This document shows, piece after piece, positions 49,764 through 58,202 of a DNA stretch of 64,000 bases. How positions within the stretch are numbered: the stretch's first letter is position 1; every line of letters starts with the position of its first letter. The stretch covers positions 62,001 through 126,000 of the IMG/VR virus record IMGVR_UViG_3300047560_000921, one strand, 5' to 3'. The notes under the pieces are model-generated. The model was not told the DNA's origin, made no database searches, and was given only the letters and a program-made list of their open reading frames with translations. A program made the translations under genes and the position numbers.

Positions 49764-50277
49764 TAGATTTTTTAGATGCTTTTTTAGCTTTAGGTGGATC
49801 TAACTCATCCGCCTGTTTGCGTAACTCGCTGGCTTGTTGGTCAAACATATCTGCTTGCCGGCGCAAGTCAGATGCTAGCTTGCCATTATCAAGAACGCCT
49901 TCTGAAGTTACAGGCTCGTCTCCGTTCATTGCGGAAATTTGATTGTTAAGGTCTAACAAACTAATTTCAATGTCTGGGCGTGGTCGCATAACAACTGCAT
50001 CAGTTTTAACTTTCATCATCCAACCTTTTTGGTGCATGGTTGTTAGCATGTTAGTGCCATCGCTAAAGAACTGACGGTTAGCATATTCATAAAAATCCAA
50101 TGCTTCCTGGGCTGTAATAGTTTCAACTGCATCCATTAAGTCGTCGTGGTACTTGTCAGGTAATGCGTCTGTGTCAACGACCAAACAGTTAGTTGGTTCG
50201 TTTGGGATTTGTCTAAAAACAACAAGTGCGCGATGTCCTGTTGCTTTTAATACTCCCACGTGTCTGAGAAATTTCAT
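49750..50277 (-). CDS. Conserved phage hypothetical protein
   Basis: GGAG RBS; KFLRHVG...VVFR..P....CLVV. Confidence 0.7.
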   Translation of the reverse strand: MKFLRHVGVLKATGHRALVVFRQIPNEPTNCLVVDTDALPDKYHDDLMDAVETITAQEALDFYEYANRQFFSDGTNMLTTMHQKGWMMKVKTDAVVMRPRPDIEISLLDLNNQISAMNGDEPVTSEGVLDNGKLASDLRRQADMFDQQASELRKQADELDPPKAKKASKKSNVVA

Positions 50278-50289
50278 AGTGGTCTCCGT

Positions 50290-50526
50290 TTATTGCACTT
50301 TGGCATCTGCTGGGACTTCGCCTTGCGATGCTTCTGCTTGTCCAGCGGCCTCTGCTTCAGCGGCCTTTTGTGCTTCTTGTTGTTTAGCTACTTCGCCCAA
50401 GAAAGCGTTAATCTTTTCAAAGCACTCGCCAACGGCTTTTGCTTCTGCGGCACGGAAAGCGCCACGTTGTACAGCCAAATCAATGATTTGAGCCGCTACT
50501 TGAATGTCGGAAATTTGAAGTTCCAT
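50290..50526 (-). CDS. Small conserved hypothetical protein
   Basis: IIDLAVQRGAFRAAE...VG; AAGGAG RBS. Confidence 0.7.
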   Translation of the reverse strand: MELQISDIQVAAQIIDLAVQRGAFRAAEAKAVGECFEKINAFLGEVAKQQEAQKAAEAEAAGQAEASQGEVPADAKVQ

Positions 50527-50539
50527 TTGTTTCTCCTTG

Positions 50540-50800
50540 TTAGTGTGTCTTGCTATTAAAGCTAGCTATAATATTTAGCTCTGATGGAGGCTGTGTCGAT
50601 TGTTCTAACAATTCGCTCCATGCGCTAAGTTGCAGTAAGAAGCTGTCTTCAGCTTCCTGTAGTTCAATTACTGCTTTTCCGTTCAACACAAAAACGGAAA
50701 AAGGCCCTGTGGCATTCAGGGCCAGATAGTCTTTAGCGATCCAGACTATATTGCTGAGATGGTTCTCATCGTGAGCACTTATCGTAAAGCGCCAGCTCAT
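50540..50800 (-). CDS. Hypothetical protein
   Basis: Start overlaps the stop of the vWA gene. Confidence 0.55.
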   Translation of the reverse strand: MSWRFTISAHDENHLSNIVWIAKDYLALNATGPFSVFVLNGKAVIELQEAEDSFLLQLSAWSELLEQSTQPPSELNIIASFNSKTH

Positions 50801-52044
50801 TAACCATGTTCATACTGTACCGTTACTCCGAACGGCGCAGTGATGTCTCTGCCAGAATTGATAACCCAAAGGGTATCACAGAAGTCCTTGTCGCCCCATT
50901 CACCGTAGGGATAACCGTCAGTGAACACGACAAGTTGTTTGGGTTCCATGTCTTCTTGTTTCATGTATTCCCAATTGACCATAAAGTCAGTACCACCACC
51001 GCCACCTGGTTGGTATGTACGGATATCGTCACCTTGGTCAGAACTAAAGTTAGCGTCTGCGTGGATAGCAGTGTCGAAACACCACACTCGAATATTCCAA
51101 GCATCGTAATTGTCCATAATGCCCTTAACTTCGCTAAGGAATTCACGAACCATTGCTTCGCTAATAGAACCCGAAGTGTCAATTGCAACGTGTACGTTAA
51201 CTTCTTCACCAGGCAACATGCCGGGCAGTACTGCACCAGTATGCCATGCCTTACGGCTAGGACGAGTAAACGAATAGTCGTTACGGATCATACTTTCCAG
51301 TTGGATACGCAACAGGTCTTTCCAGTTCAACTTAGGTGCAGTAAGTTCTTGGATCATACGTGCAACAGCGGCCGGAACTTTACCAGCACCTGCGGCTTGT
51401 GCCGCTTGCAAAACAGCGTTTTTAATTTCGTCTTGCAAAGCCTTGCGTTCTTCTTCAGACATTTTGCCGCCGCCTGGGACAAGAACTTCAACACCTTGAC
51501 CTTCGCCATCGCCGTCACTATCACCGGAACCAGTCAAGTCCATGTGAACGTCCAAAGGCATTTTAATAGTAACAGCATCTTCCATGAGCTGGTCATAGAC
51601 TTGCTCGGTAGTCATGTCTGCAAACTTACGGTCCAACAGGATGTCAACTTTCTTAATGACATCGCCGATGCGGTCACGTTCCAGTAACAGGTTAATAACG
51701 TAGTCACCTGCCATGTTCCACACTTGAGGATTTCTGTCACCGCGGCGCAACATGTGTTCAAAGACGCAGTGCATAACTTCGTGGCCGATAAGGAACATTA
51801 GTTCGCCATCAGACAGTGCATGAACAAAGTCTCGGTTAATAAACAAGTTGCGACCATCTACAGCCGCAGTGGGCAGTCGGTCAGTGGCATCGATAATCTT
51901 CAGACGAGTTGCAAGGTTGCCGAAGAAAGGATGTTGGAGCAAGAGTTTGACACGTGCCTTGGTAACACGGTCCTTAATTTTTTCCCAAGGAAGATTGCAC
52001 TTAGGAAAAGTTTGCGATGTTTTGTGCTCTGATTGTGTAGCCAT
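50800..52044 (-). CDS. Metallopeptidase-like (HExxH) plus vWA domain protein (DUF2201 type)
   Basis: HEVMH; DTSGS MIDAS; GGGGTDF; FTDG. Confidence 0.85.
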   Translation of the reverse strand: MATQSEHKTSQTFPKCNLPWEKIKDRVTKARVKLLLQHPFFGNLATRLKIIDATDRLPTAAVDGRNLFINRDFVHALSDGELMFLIGHEVMHCVFEHMLRRGDRNPQVWNMAGDYVINLLLERDRIGDVIKKVDILLDRKFADMTTEQVYDQLMEDAVTIKMPLDVHMDLTGSGDSDGDGEGQGVEVLVPGGGKMSEEERKALQDEIKNAVLQAAQAAGAGKVPAAVARMIQELTAPKLNWKDLLRIQLESMIRNDYSFTRPSRKAWHTGAVLPGMLPGEEVNVHVAIDTSGSISEAMVREFLSEVKGIMDNYDAWNIRVWCFDTAIHADANFSSDQGDDIRTYQPGGGGGTDFMVNWEYMKQEDMEPKQLVVFTDGYPYGEWGDKDFCDTLWVINSGRDITAPFGVTVQYEHG

Positions 52045-52072
52045 TGTATAGTGCTCCTAACTATTTAATATG

Positions 52073-52102
52073 TATTATACACTAATTCTGAATTAATGTC
52101 AA
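52073..52102 (-). promoter_or_regulatory. sigma70-type early promoter
   Basis: TTGACA-N17-TATAAT. Confidence 0.85.
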
Positions 52103-52107
52103 TATCG

Positions 52108-52139
52108 AAAAAAAGGACGGGCACCGAAGTGCCACGTCC
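52108..52139 (-). terminator. Intrinsic terminator with cUUCGg tetraloop
   Basis: GGACG(T)GGCAC-TTCG-GTGCCCGTCC-TTTTTTT just after the MoxR stop. Confidence 0.85.
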
Positions 52140-52150
52140 AGGAGCAACCA

Positions 52151-53230
52151 TTAGTTACCGATATCGATAACAAGGTGTGCATACTTCTTGAAGAACTCTG
52201 GGAAGTTCTTCAGCTTCTTGTGCTCGAAAGGCAGTGCATGTGTCTTCAGAGCAGTATGAGCACCCATAATAACCATTTCAGGTTCGAAGTTATCCATCAT
52301 GTATTGGATAAAGTTTTCGCACATTGGATGCCAGTTAGTCAGGTCACCTGCCTTCTTAGCATTTTGGTATGCGTCGACCAGTTCGTAGCACAAGCTGGCA
52401 GTCAGCGAGTACATTGCGGACACTTCTTTGACCTTCAAGTCCTTGACCTTACCTGCAAGAATGTCAGTAGGGTTAGGCAGTTTGCTGGCAATCTTACGAT
52501 GTGCCATAAACTTAATTGCAAGGCCTTCACCAACGCAACCTGCAACGATGTCAGTTTGCGTAGATTCGCTCAGTGAGCTATCCAGCAAGTCGCTAACAAA
52601 CGCCCAAGAACGAGGAGTTGCAAAACTACGGTCATGCTGTGCAGGATCGAAGTTGTACAGGTCGCCTTTAGCAAAGCTCAGGTAACCAACCACGTCGGAG
52701 TCGATGCGGTTTGCAAGTGCCCACTTTTGCCAATCTTCAAAGTCCACACGGAGTTCCAAGTGAACAAAACGGTTAGCCAGTGGGCTAGGCATACGATAAG
52801 TAACACCCTTGTCAGACATGCGGTTACCTGCGGCAACGATGCCAACACCCTTAGGCAAGTTGTAAGTACCAACCTTCTTGTTCAGCACAAGTTGATAAGC
52901 GGCGGCTTGAACAGCAGGCGCGGCGCTAACAAGTTCGTCCAAGAACAGAATGTTGTCTGCATCTTCGTTAACAGGCAGTTCAGCAGGCGGAGCCCACTTC
53001 ATAGTGTTTTCGGTGGAGTTGTAGTAAGGGATACCTTTAATGTCAGTAGGTTCCCACAGGTTAAGACGAACGTCAGTAACAGGACGGTTGTCTTCAGTTG
53101 CAAGTTCCGCAATCAGGTCGGACTTACCGATACCGGGCGGACCCCAAACCATAACGGGGCGACCCTTCTGAAGGGCTTTGCGAATGATAACTTTAGCTTC
53201 GCTAATCTTAACTGTGCGGGACTCTGCCAT
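52151..53230 (-). CDS. MoxR-like AAA+ ATPase
   Basis: GPPGIGKS Walker A, LFLDE Walker B, AAGNR, LANRF; adjacent to the vWA gene. Confidence 0.9.
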   Translation of the reverse strand: MAESRTVKISEAKVIIRKALQKGRPVMVWGPPGIGKSDLIAELATEDNRPVTDVRLNLWEPTDIKGIPYYNSTENTMKWAPPAELPVNEDADNILFLDELVSAAPAVQAAAYQLVLNKKVGTYNLPKGVGIVAAGNRMSDKGVTYRMPSPLANRFVHLELRVDFEDWQKWALANRIDSDVVGYLSFAKGDLYNFDPAQHDRSFATPRSWAFVSDLLDSSLSESTQTDIVAGCVGEGLAIKFMAHRKIASKLPNPTDILAGKVKDLKVKEVSAMYSLTASLCYELVDAYQNAKKAGDLTNWHPMCENFIQYMMDNFEPEMVIMGAHTALKTHALPFEHKKLKNFPEFFKKYAHLVIDIGN

Positions 53231-53276
53231 TTGTTGCTCCTAAAAATTGCAGTTGAAAAGTGTTTGTTGAAGTGTT

Positions 53277-53306
53277 TATTATACAATAAATTGTATTTTC
53301 TGTCAA
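53277..53306 (-). promoter_or_regulatory. sigma70-type early promoter
   Basis: TTGACA-N17-TATAAT. Confidence 0.85.
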
Positions 53307-53330
53307 TTCATTTTTTGCGTAAACTGACAG

Positions 53331-53358
53331 AAAATACAAGGGCATTGCGCCCTTGTAT
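53331..53358 (-). terminator. Intrinsic terminator
   Basis: ATACAAGGGC-GCAAT-GCCCTTGTAT-TTT immediately after the stop at 53360. Confidence 0.7.
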
Positions 53359-53359
53359 G

Positions 53360-53593
53360 TTAGGCGCTAGCCGCGTCTTTTTCTGCCTCGGTTGCATTAG
53401 GCATGACCTTGTCGAGGTGGCCCTCGGCGCGGATTTCTGCTTTGGTCATTGCACGGGGCAACTCAACAAAGTTAACATCCGTATGGCCGTTCTTCATAAG
53501 AACTTTGATGCGAGTTGCATCATTAGTAAAGCGAGCCTTTACCTTGCCTTTAAGAGTTGAAACACCAACGTAAGTAAAAGTTTTATCAGACAT
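53360..53593 (-). CDS. Small conserved phage protein
   Basis: AGGAG RBS; GVS...G.VK.RF.ND..R.K.L.K.GH.D. Confidence 0.75.
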   Translation of the reverse strand: MSDKTFTYVGVSTLKGKVKARFTNDATRIKVLMKNGHTDVNFVELPRAMTKAEIRAEGHLDKVMPNATEAEKDAASA

Positions 53594-53725
53594 ACATGAC
53601 TCCTGTCATTAGTTTAAAAAATGTAGCACTGCGCTACAGCCATTATGTTACTACGAATTCGAATTCTTGTCAATATGTTTTGGAAGAATTGAATTTGCGA
53701 TAACATAAATTCCCTACTAAGCCAT

Positions 53726-53755
53726 TATTATACAATAAATGGATTTAATTGTCAA
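53726..53755 (-). promoter_or_regulatory. Early promoter repeat variant
   Basis: TTGACA-ATTAAATCCATTTATTG-TATAAT. Confidence 0.85.
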
Positions 53756-53858
53756 CCAAAAAACAAGCCCTACGACAGCCCATTCTACAAGAGTAAAATT
53801 AGTACTAATGTACGCATTGTACACTGTACGCAGGAGCTTGTTTTTATACCACATGATG

Positions 53859-53888
53859 TATTATACAATAAATTGGATTTATTGTCAA
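53859..53888 (-). promoter_or_regulatory. Early promoter repeat
   Basis: TTGACA-ATAAATCCAATTTATTG-TATAAT; one mismatch to the copies at 9.2-9.9 kb. Confidence 0.9.
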
Positions 53889-54161
53889 TCAGATGGCCAT
53901 TTGGACCATCATTGCGTCTTCGGCGTAGCACCCAATCCAGTAAGGTCTAGACATACCACTTGGCGCATGTCCGAACTTAGTAGTCCACCGACCTTGCTGA
54001 CGACTGGTACACCAATTGTCTCTACTGTACTGAGATCCAATTACACGTTCGAACGCACGACTTACGTCTTGTGCTTCCTTACCGTAACTGTTAAACCGAA
54101 ACGCATGTGAGTATCCTTGATGATATAGGCTATGTGTCTTGTTCAGCTTCACTAGCCTCAT
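53889..54161 (-). CDS. Hypothetical protein
   Basis: MRLVKLNKT...; stop abuts the next -35 box. Confidence 0.55.
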   Translation of the reverse strand: MRLVKLNKTHSLYHQGYSHAFRFNSYGKEAQDVSRAFERVIGSQYSRDNWCTSRQQGRWTTKFGHAPSGMSRPYWIGCYAEDAMMVQMAI

Positions 54162-54618
54162 TGAACTTTTTTGCACCTAAATAATCCTTGTTCTTCATAG
54201 TTTTAATTCTATGGCATCTGCAACACCTAGTAACAATATTACCTTTTGTGTCACTGCCGCCATCGCTTTTTAAATGTTGATGGTCGCCTTCAAGTGTGGC
54301 TCGCATACATGCAAGTTTATGAAACGGGTCTTCAATGTCATCAAATGCAGAATCTGTCCTAGGATCATATCCGCAGTCGTTGCAAACCCAATCACGATAA
54401 AATGTATGCGGACGATCCGCCTTACCCATGCCACCATATTCCGTAAGCATCAATTGATGTTCGCGGCAGTAACTATCACTACCTGGTCCTTCAAAATCAG
54501 TTAACGCAAGGTCGCAATCTTCTAATCGACACACGGGAACATACCGCACTTGACTCTTCAGAAGGCTAAAACTCTTACGCTTGTCCTTTATGGGATCACG
54601 CAGTTTAGACATTACCAC
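54130..54618 (-). CDS. Zn-binding HNH-like nuclease
   Basis: CNDCG...GDHQH...GG.D...NIVTRCCRCHRIKT. Confidence 0.65.
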   Translation of the reverse strand: MVMSKLRDPIKDKRKSFSLLKSQVRYVPVCRLEDCDLALTDFEGPGSDSYCREHQLMLTEYGGMGKADRPHTFYRDWVCNDCGYDPRTDSAFDDIEDPFHKLACMRATLEGDHQHLKSDGGSDTKGNIVTRCCRCHRIKTMKNKDYLGAKKFNEASEAEQDT

Positions 54619-55766
54619 AGTTCCTTCTTAGAAGGAACAAACTCGCCATCGCTATCTACAGCAGGCACTTTGAGTTTGGTGCTTTTACGCAGTTGCGCTA
54701 GCAGAAACGGACCACCGCACTTCCACTCCTTATTAAAGCCTTTAACTTTAATTTCGCCTTCGTCGTCTCGTTCGGCGTCAGGATTGTTAGCATTAGCCGC
54801 GCGGTACCACGCACTATAGACCATCTTACACTTACTCCAAAACGGCCCGCTTGGGCTAAAGTCTGCATCAAAATAGTCCAACGTAAACTGTGCAAATACC
54901 TTAAGGTATTCTGAATCTACTTCAATACCTGCTTTGTAGCAAGCATCGAAAAACTCAAACAATTGGCGTGCTTCCTTGCCTGCTACTGGACGTTGTTGAT
55001 TAATCAATACCCAATATTCGGCAAACATCCTTGTGACTTCGGGATCTTTGATATTCGTTTCGCTCTTACTCATGATAGTATCAGCCAGCAAAGTAAACGC
55101 ACCTACTTCATTTTCGTCTCCGAACTTTTCGTGTGTAACAAAAATACCTGCGGACTCGAGATAACTTTGCTTGAGTTCTGTAGAAATCCAAAGCGGATCA
55201 TCTGCACCATCGACTCGTACGCCCGACACCATTTGACGCCACAAGTCAATAAAGTCCAATGGCTCTTTAGCGTCGCCGTTGAGCAAAATAAAGTTACGAC
55301 GAATTTCTGCTTTTTGCTTGACGTTGTACACTACAACCGGCACCATCAATTCGGCAATGCGTTCTCCAAATGCCTTAGTTGCAAGTGCATAGAGCACAAT
55401 CGCAGTATGTTGTCCGTCCCATGCAATGTAATAGCCAGGCTTCTCGGGGTCTTTGTAGACCTGAATAGCCATAACCATCGTTTCCTTAAAGTAAGAAATA
55501 ATATTAAGGATATGATTCAAGTTGACTTGTCGTTGCATAGTGGTGTCAATAAGGATCTTGTCCATTGGCACTTGAATGGCTTGACAAAGTTGCATATCCG
55601 CAAACTTCTTCCATTCTTTATGTCGACGCTTAAATTCTTCAATCATTCGATCCAGCAAAGGTTCGAAAGAGTCGCCGAGGCTTTCTACAAGGCGTTCCCG
55701 CAAAGAAACAAAATGACTTTCTTTTTGATTATAAAAATTGTTTACCTTTGTTGCGTAAGCACTCAT
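54612..55766 (-). CDS. ParB/Srx-like (DGQH) domain protein
   Basis: IDTTMQR...AWDGQHT...VPV....E...F..LN. Confidence 0.6.
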   Translation of the reverse strand: MSAYATKVNNFYNQKESHFVSLRERLVESLGDSFEPLLDRMIEEFKRRHKEWKKFADMQLCQAIQVPMDKILIDTTMQRQVNLNHILNIISYFKETMVMAIQVYKDPEKPGYYIAWDGQHTAIVLYALATKAFGERIAELMVPVVVYNVKQKAEIRRNFILLNGDAKEPLDFIDLWRQMVSGVRVDGADDPLWISTELKQSYLESAGIFVTHEKFGDENEVGAFTLLADTIMSKSETNIKDPEVTRMFAEYWVLINQQRPVAGKEARQLFEFFDACYKAGIEVDSEYLKVFAQFTLDYFDADFSPSGPFWSKCKMVYSAWYRAANANNPDAERDDEGEIKVKGFNKEWKCGGPFLLAQLRKSTKLKVPAVDSDGEFVPSKKELW

Positions 55767-55951
55767 ACGACTTCCTTTTCATTTTCCAAAATAATGTTAC
55801 TAATTGTATTCAGCACAACCATCATGCCAGTGTATGCATGGGGGTTGCCCATCATAAGTTCCATGGCATAATTGTATGCTTCGTTGAGGTCAGTGCCACG
55901 GTCAGCAAACATGCCATTTCGAATACCCTTAGCCAGTTCAATGTTAGTCAT
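55763..55951 (-). CDS. Small hypothetical protein
   Basis: Coupled on both sides; AAGGAG RBS. Confidence 0.6.
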   Translation of the reverse strand: MTNIELAKGIRNGMFADRGTDLNEAYNYAMELMMGNPHAYTGMMVVLNTISNIILENEKEVV

Positions 55952-56400
55952 TATACAGTCTCCTTAACAGCTTCTAATGCTTCGGACAATACAACCAGTT
56001 TCTTGTAAAACTTAGTATCACGTTGATATACGTTGCCCACATACCACACACCATCCTTCATGATGTAGTACCATTCGCCACAGCAGTCTTCAACACGCTC
56101 AACGAACGCTTCGAAGGTACCGTCAGTTTTGAACTCGCCGTCACTCTCGCCACGATCCCGTCCGTAAAACACAGTGATGCCTTCGGCGGGCTTTTCAAAC
56201 GAGTGTTCAACACCGTCGGGGATTTCAATTTTGGTTCCCAGGCTAGACATGTCGCCTAGTGCTACAAGATGATTGGCTTTGGCGCTGTCGTAATTCTCTT
56301 GCAGAATACGACCATTGTGCTCCAGATAGCCATCCCAATGGCAATAAACAGATTTACAGTTGTCACCGTGCATGACAGCAATGCGTGAACGAGTACCCAT
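55951..56400 (-). CDS. Conserved phage early protein
   Basis: MGTRS.I...YCHWDGY motif; AGGAG RBS. Confidence 0.75.
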   Translation of the reverse strand: MGTRSRIAVMHGDNCKSVYCHWDGYLEHNGRILQENYDSAKANHLVALGDMSSLGTKIEIPDGVEHSFEKPAEGITVFYGRDRGESDGEFKTDGTFEAFVERVEDCCGEWYYIMKDGVWYVGNVYQRDTKFYKKLVVLSEALEAVKETV

Positions 56401-56422
56401 GTTAACTCCTAGTTGAATTCGT

Positions 56423-56452
56423 TATTATACAATAAAATGATTTTTGGATCAA
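56423..56452 (-). promoter_or_regulatory. Early promoter variant
   Basis: TTGATC-N17-TATAAT. Confidence 0.7.
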
Positions 56453-56622
56453 CCCTCGACGTCGAACTGGTCAGCATCCATAACTTTTGCAAGACGCTGT
56501 GCCAGTAGCATAGCATGAGAATAGTCGTCGGACTCGATTTCGTAGGTCATCTTTGCTTGGAAGTCAGTGTACAAACTGTTATCCAAGTTTGTAAACAGAA
56601 GTGTTACTTGATATTTGTGCAT
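56449..56622 (-). CDS. 57-aa hypothetical protein (not in ORF track)
   Basis: MHKYQVTLLF...DQFDVEG*; fills the gap exactly; stop overlaps the -35 box. Confidence 0.6.
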   Translation of the reverse strand: MHKYQVTLLFTNLDNSLYTDFQAKMTYEIESDDYSHAMLLAQRLAKVMDADQFDVEG

Positions 56623-56624
56623 AA

Positions 56625-56852
56625 TTAAGCAGCCTGCTTGGCTTCCATCATTTCGGACAGGATGAACTTAGCGATGTTGATTTGTTTACGAGCGGCTTCG
56701 GTGCGACCCATAGCCATCAGTTCTTGTGCATCGGACAGTACACCCATTGCAACCATTTCCAGGCCTGTGAACTTAGCTGTAATGCTTTCCATGTACTGTT
56801 CGCGGATATCCGATGCAGACATACCGTAGCAGTTAGTTTCGAATTCAGTCAT
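56625..56852 (-). CDS. Small early hypothetical protein
   Basis: AGGAG RBS after the promoter at 56883. Confidence 0.7.
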   Translation of the reverse strand: MTEFETNCYGMSASDIREQYMESITAKFTGLEMVAMGVLSDAQELMAMGRTEAARKQINIAKFILSEMMEAKQAA

Positions 56853-56882
56853 TTAATTCTCCTGTTTGCGTTACAATACAAG

Positions 56883-56912
56883 TATTATACAATAAATTGG
56901 ATTTATTGTCAA
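56883..56912 (-). promoter_or_regulatory. Early promoter repeat
   Basis: Identical to 53859-53888. Confidence 0.9.
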
Positions 56913-56917
56913 TCCAA

Positions 56918-57106
56918 TTAACGGGTTGCAAGCCTTGTCAGTACAGCCATCATTTCTGGAGTTTCCAGACGTTCTTTAAGACTTTCCAGGGCCAAACTCT
57001 GTTGTGTAAAAACAACACCGCCGTATGCTTGCTGATACGTGTCTGCGAGCGCTTTGATGTAGAATGTGTAAACTTTGCCTTTTTTGGTAATCAGTGTGTA
57101 CTGCAT
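56918..57106 (-). CDS. Small early hypothetical protein
   Basis: MQYTLITKKG...; AGGA RBS. Confidence 0.65.
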   Translation of the reverse strand: MQYTLITKKGKVYTFYIKALADTYQQAYGGVVFTQQSLALESLKERLETPEMMAVLTRLATR

Positions 57107-57136
57107 TCTATGTCCTGTTTTGCTTGCTATGAAATA

Positions 57137-57165
57137 ATTATACAATAAATTGGATTTCTAGTCAA
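57137..57165 (-). promoter_or_regulatory. Early promoter repeat variant
   Basis: TTGACT-AGAAATCCAATTTATTG-TATAAT. Confidence 0.8.
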
Positions 57166-57180
57166 CCAAAATTTGTAGTA

Positions 57181-57798
57181 CTATTGTTTAAGTCTTGCGT
57201 TCTTAAAACCTTGCATGGTAAATGCAAGCCGTTCTAATTGAATTACATGCTTGGGACAAATAAATCGATATATTACATATAAACTGGCAAACTCTTTAGT
57301 AATAATATCAACAGGATATACAGACGGAACTAGATACGGTTGGTTAATATCCAAAGATAAAATAGTATCGCCGATTAATTCCTTTTTAAATGAATATGTT
57401 TTATCGTTGATAATGTTATCGGGATATTGCTTAAAATTAATAGTAACTTGACCGCTGATAGGAACAATAATAGAATATGGTGCTACTATTTTGTTTCCTG
57501 CTTCGGTGGTTTTAAGGAACTCATTAAAGTCATCCCAATTAGTTTGTTGTTCTGTACCTATTAACAATTCTGTGCCCCACGTAGTATGTCTTTGTTGGCC
57601 TACTAAATCAACGACATTGGGCGCAATATTATTTTCTAAACAGAATATTGTTGAATAATAATTTTCATTAGGAGGTAATCCTAATACATTAACTGACTTG
57701 TTGGATTTAATTGTTTTGTCCAACCATGCAGAAGTACAATACTGTTTAAAGTCAGAATAGTTATTATCAAAACTTAATTCAAAAACAGGTACATGCAT
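57181..57798 (-). CDS. Hypothetical protein (AT-rich)
   Basis: 205-aa ORF coupled to the upstream gene. Confidence 0.6.
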   Translation of the reverse strand: MHVPVFELSFDNNYSDFKQYCTSAWLDKTIKSNKSVNVLGLPPNENYYSTIFCLENNIAPNVVDLVGQQRHTTWGTELLIGTEQQTNWDDFNEFLKTTEAGNKIVAPYSIIVPISGQVTINFKQYPDNIINDKTYSFKKELIGDTILSLDINQPYLVPSVYPVDIITKEFASLYVIYRFICPKHVIQLERLAFTMQGFKNARLKQ

Positions 57799-58202
57799 TA
57801 TACTATGTATACTTGCTCTAGGAATACCTTAAGTAAATCAGCAGGCATGTTGTTTTCATTTTTCCATGCCAGTCTGTTTTTCATTGCCGTAAACCAGAAC
57901 ATACTATTATTAGATTCACCGTCTAGTTTTCTATTATAAAAGTAATCGTCGGTCCATTTGTCGCTAGGACGCATCACCTCAGGTAAATGTTCTCGTATTC
58001 TTTGATACTCGTTATATAGAATATCTGTGCTATTAGTGCCAACACTTGCCCCCGAGAACTTGCCAACTAATGCCAATGCAGTAGTATAAGTCATGGCAAT
58101 ATCATGCCATACTACCCACTTGTCATTTACTTGTACAGGCCGTTTAGATAATGTGCTTATCAGTTTAGCCTGATTAAAATCGTCAATATGTAGCACTTTC
58201 AT
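57798..58202 (-). CDS. Hypothetical protein
   Basis: 134-aa coupled ORF. Confidence 0.6.
   Translation of the reverse strand: MKVLHIDDFNQAKLISTLSKRPVQVNDKWVVWHDIAMTYTTALALVGKFSGASVGTNSTDILYNEYQRIREHLPEVMRPSDKWTDDYFYNRKLDGESNNSMFWFTAMKNRLAWKNENNMPADLLKVFLEQVYIV

Noticed and set aside
50806-55871. Long + strand ORFs 50806..51687, 52634..53560 and 54963..55871
   Set aside because: Antisense shadows of well-supported - strand genes with biased codon use; no motifs or RBS
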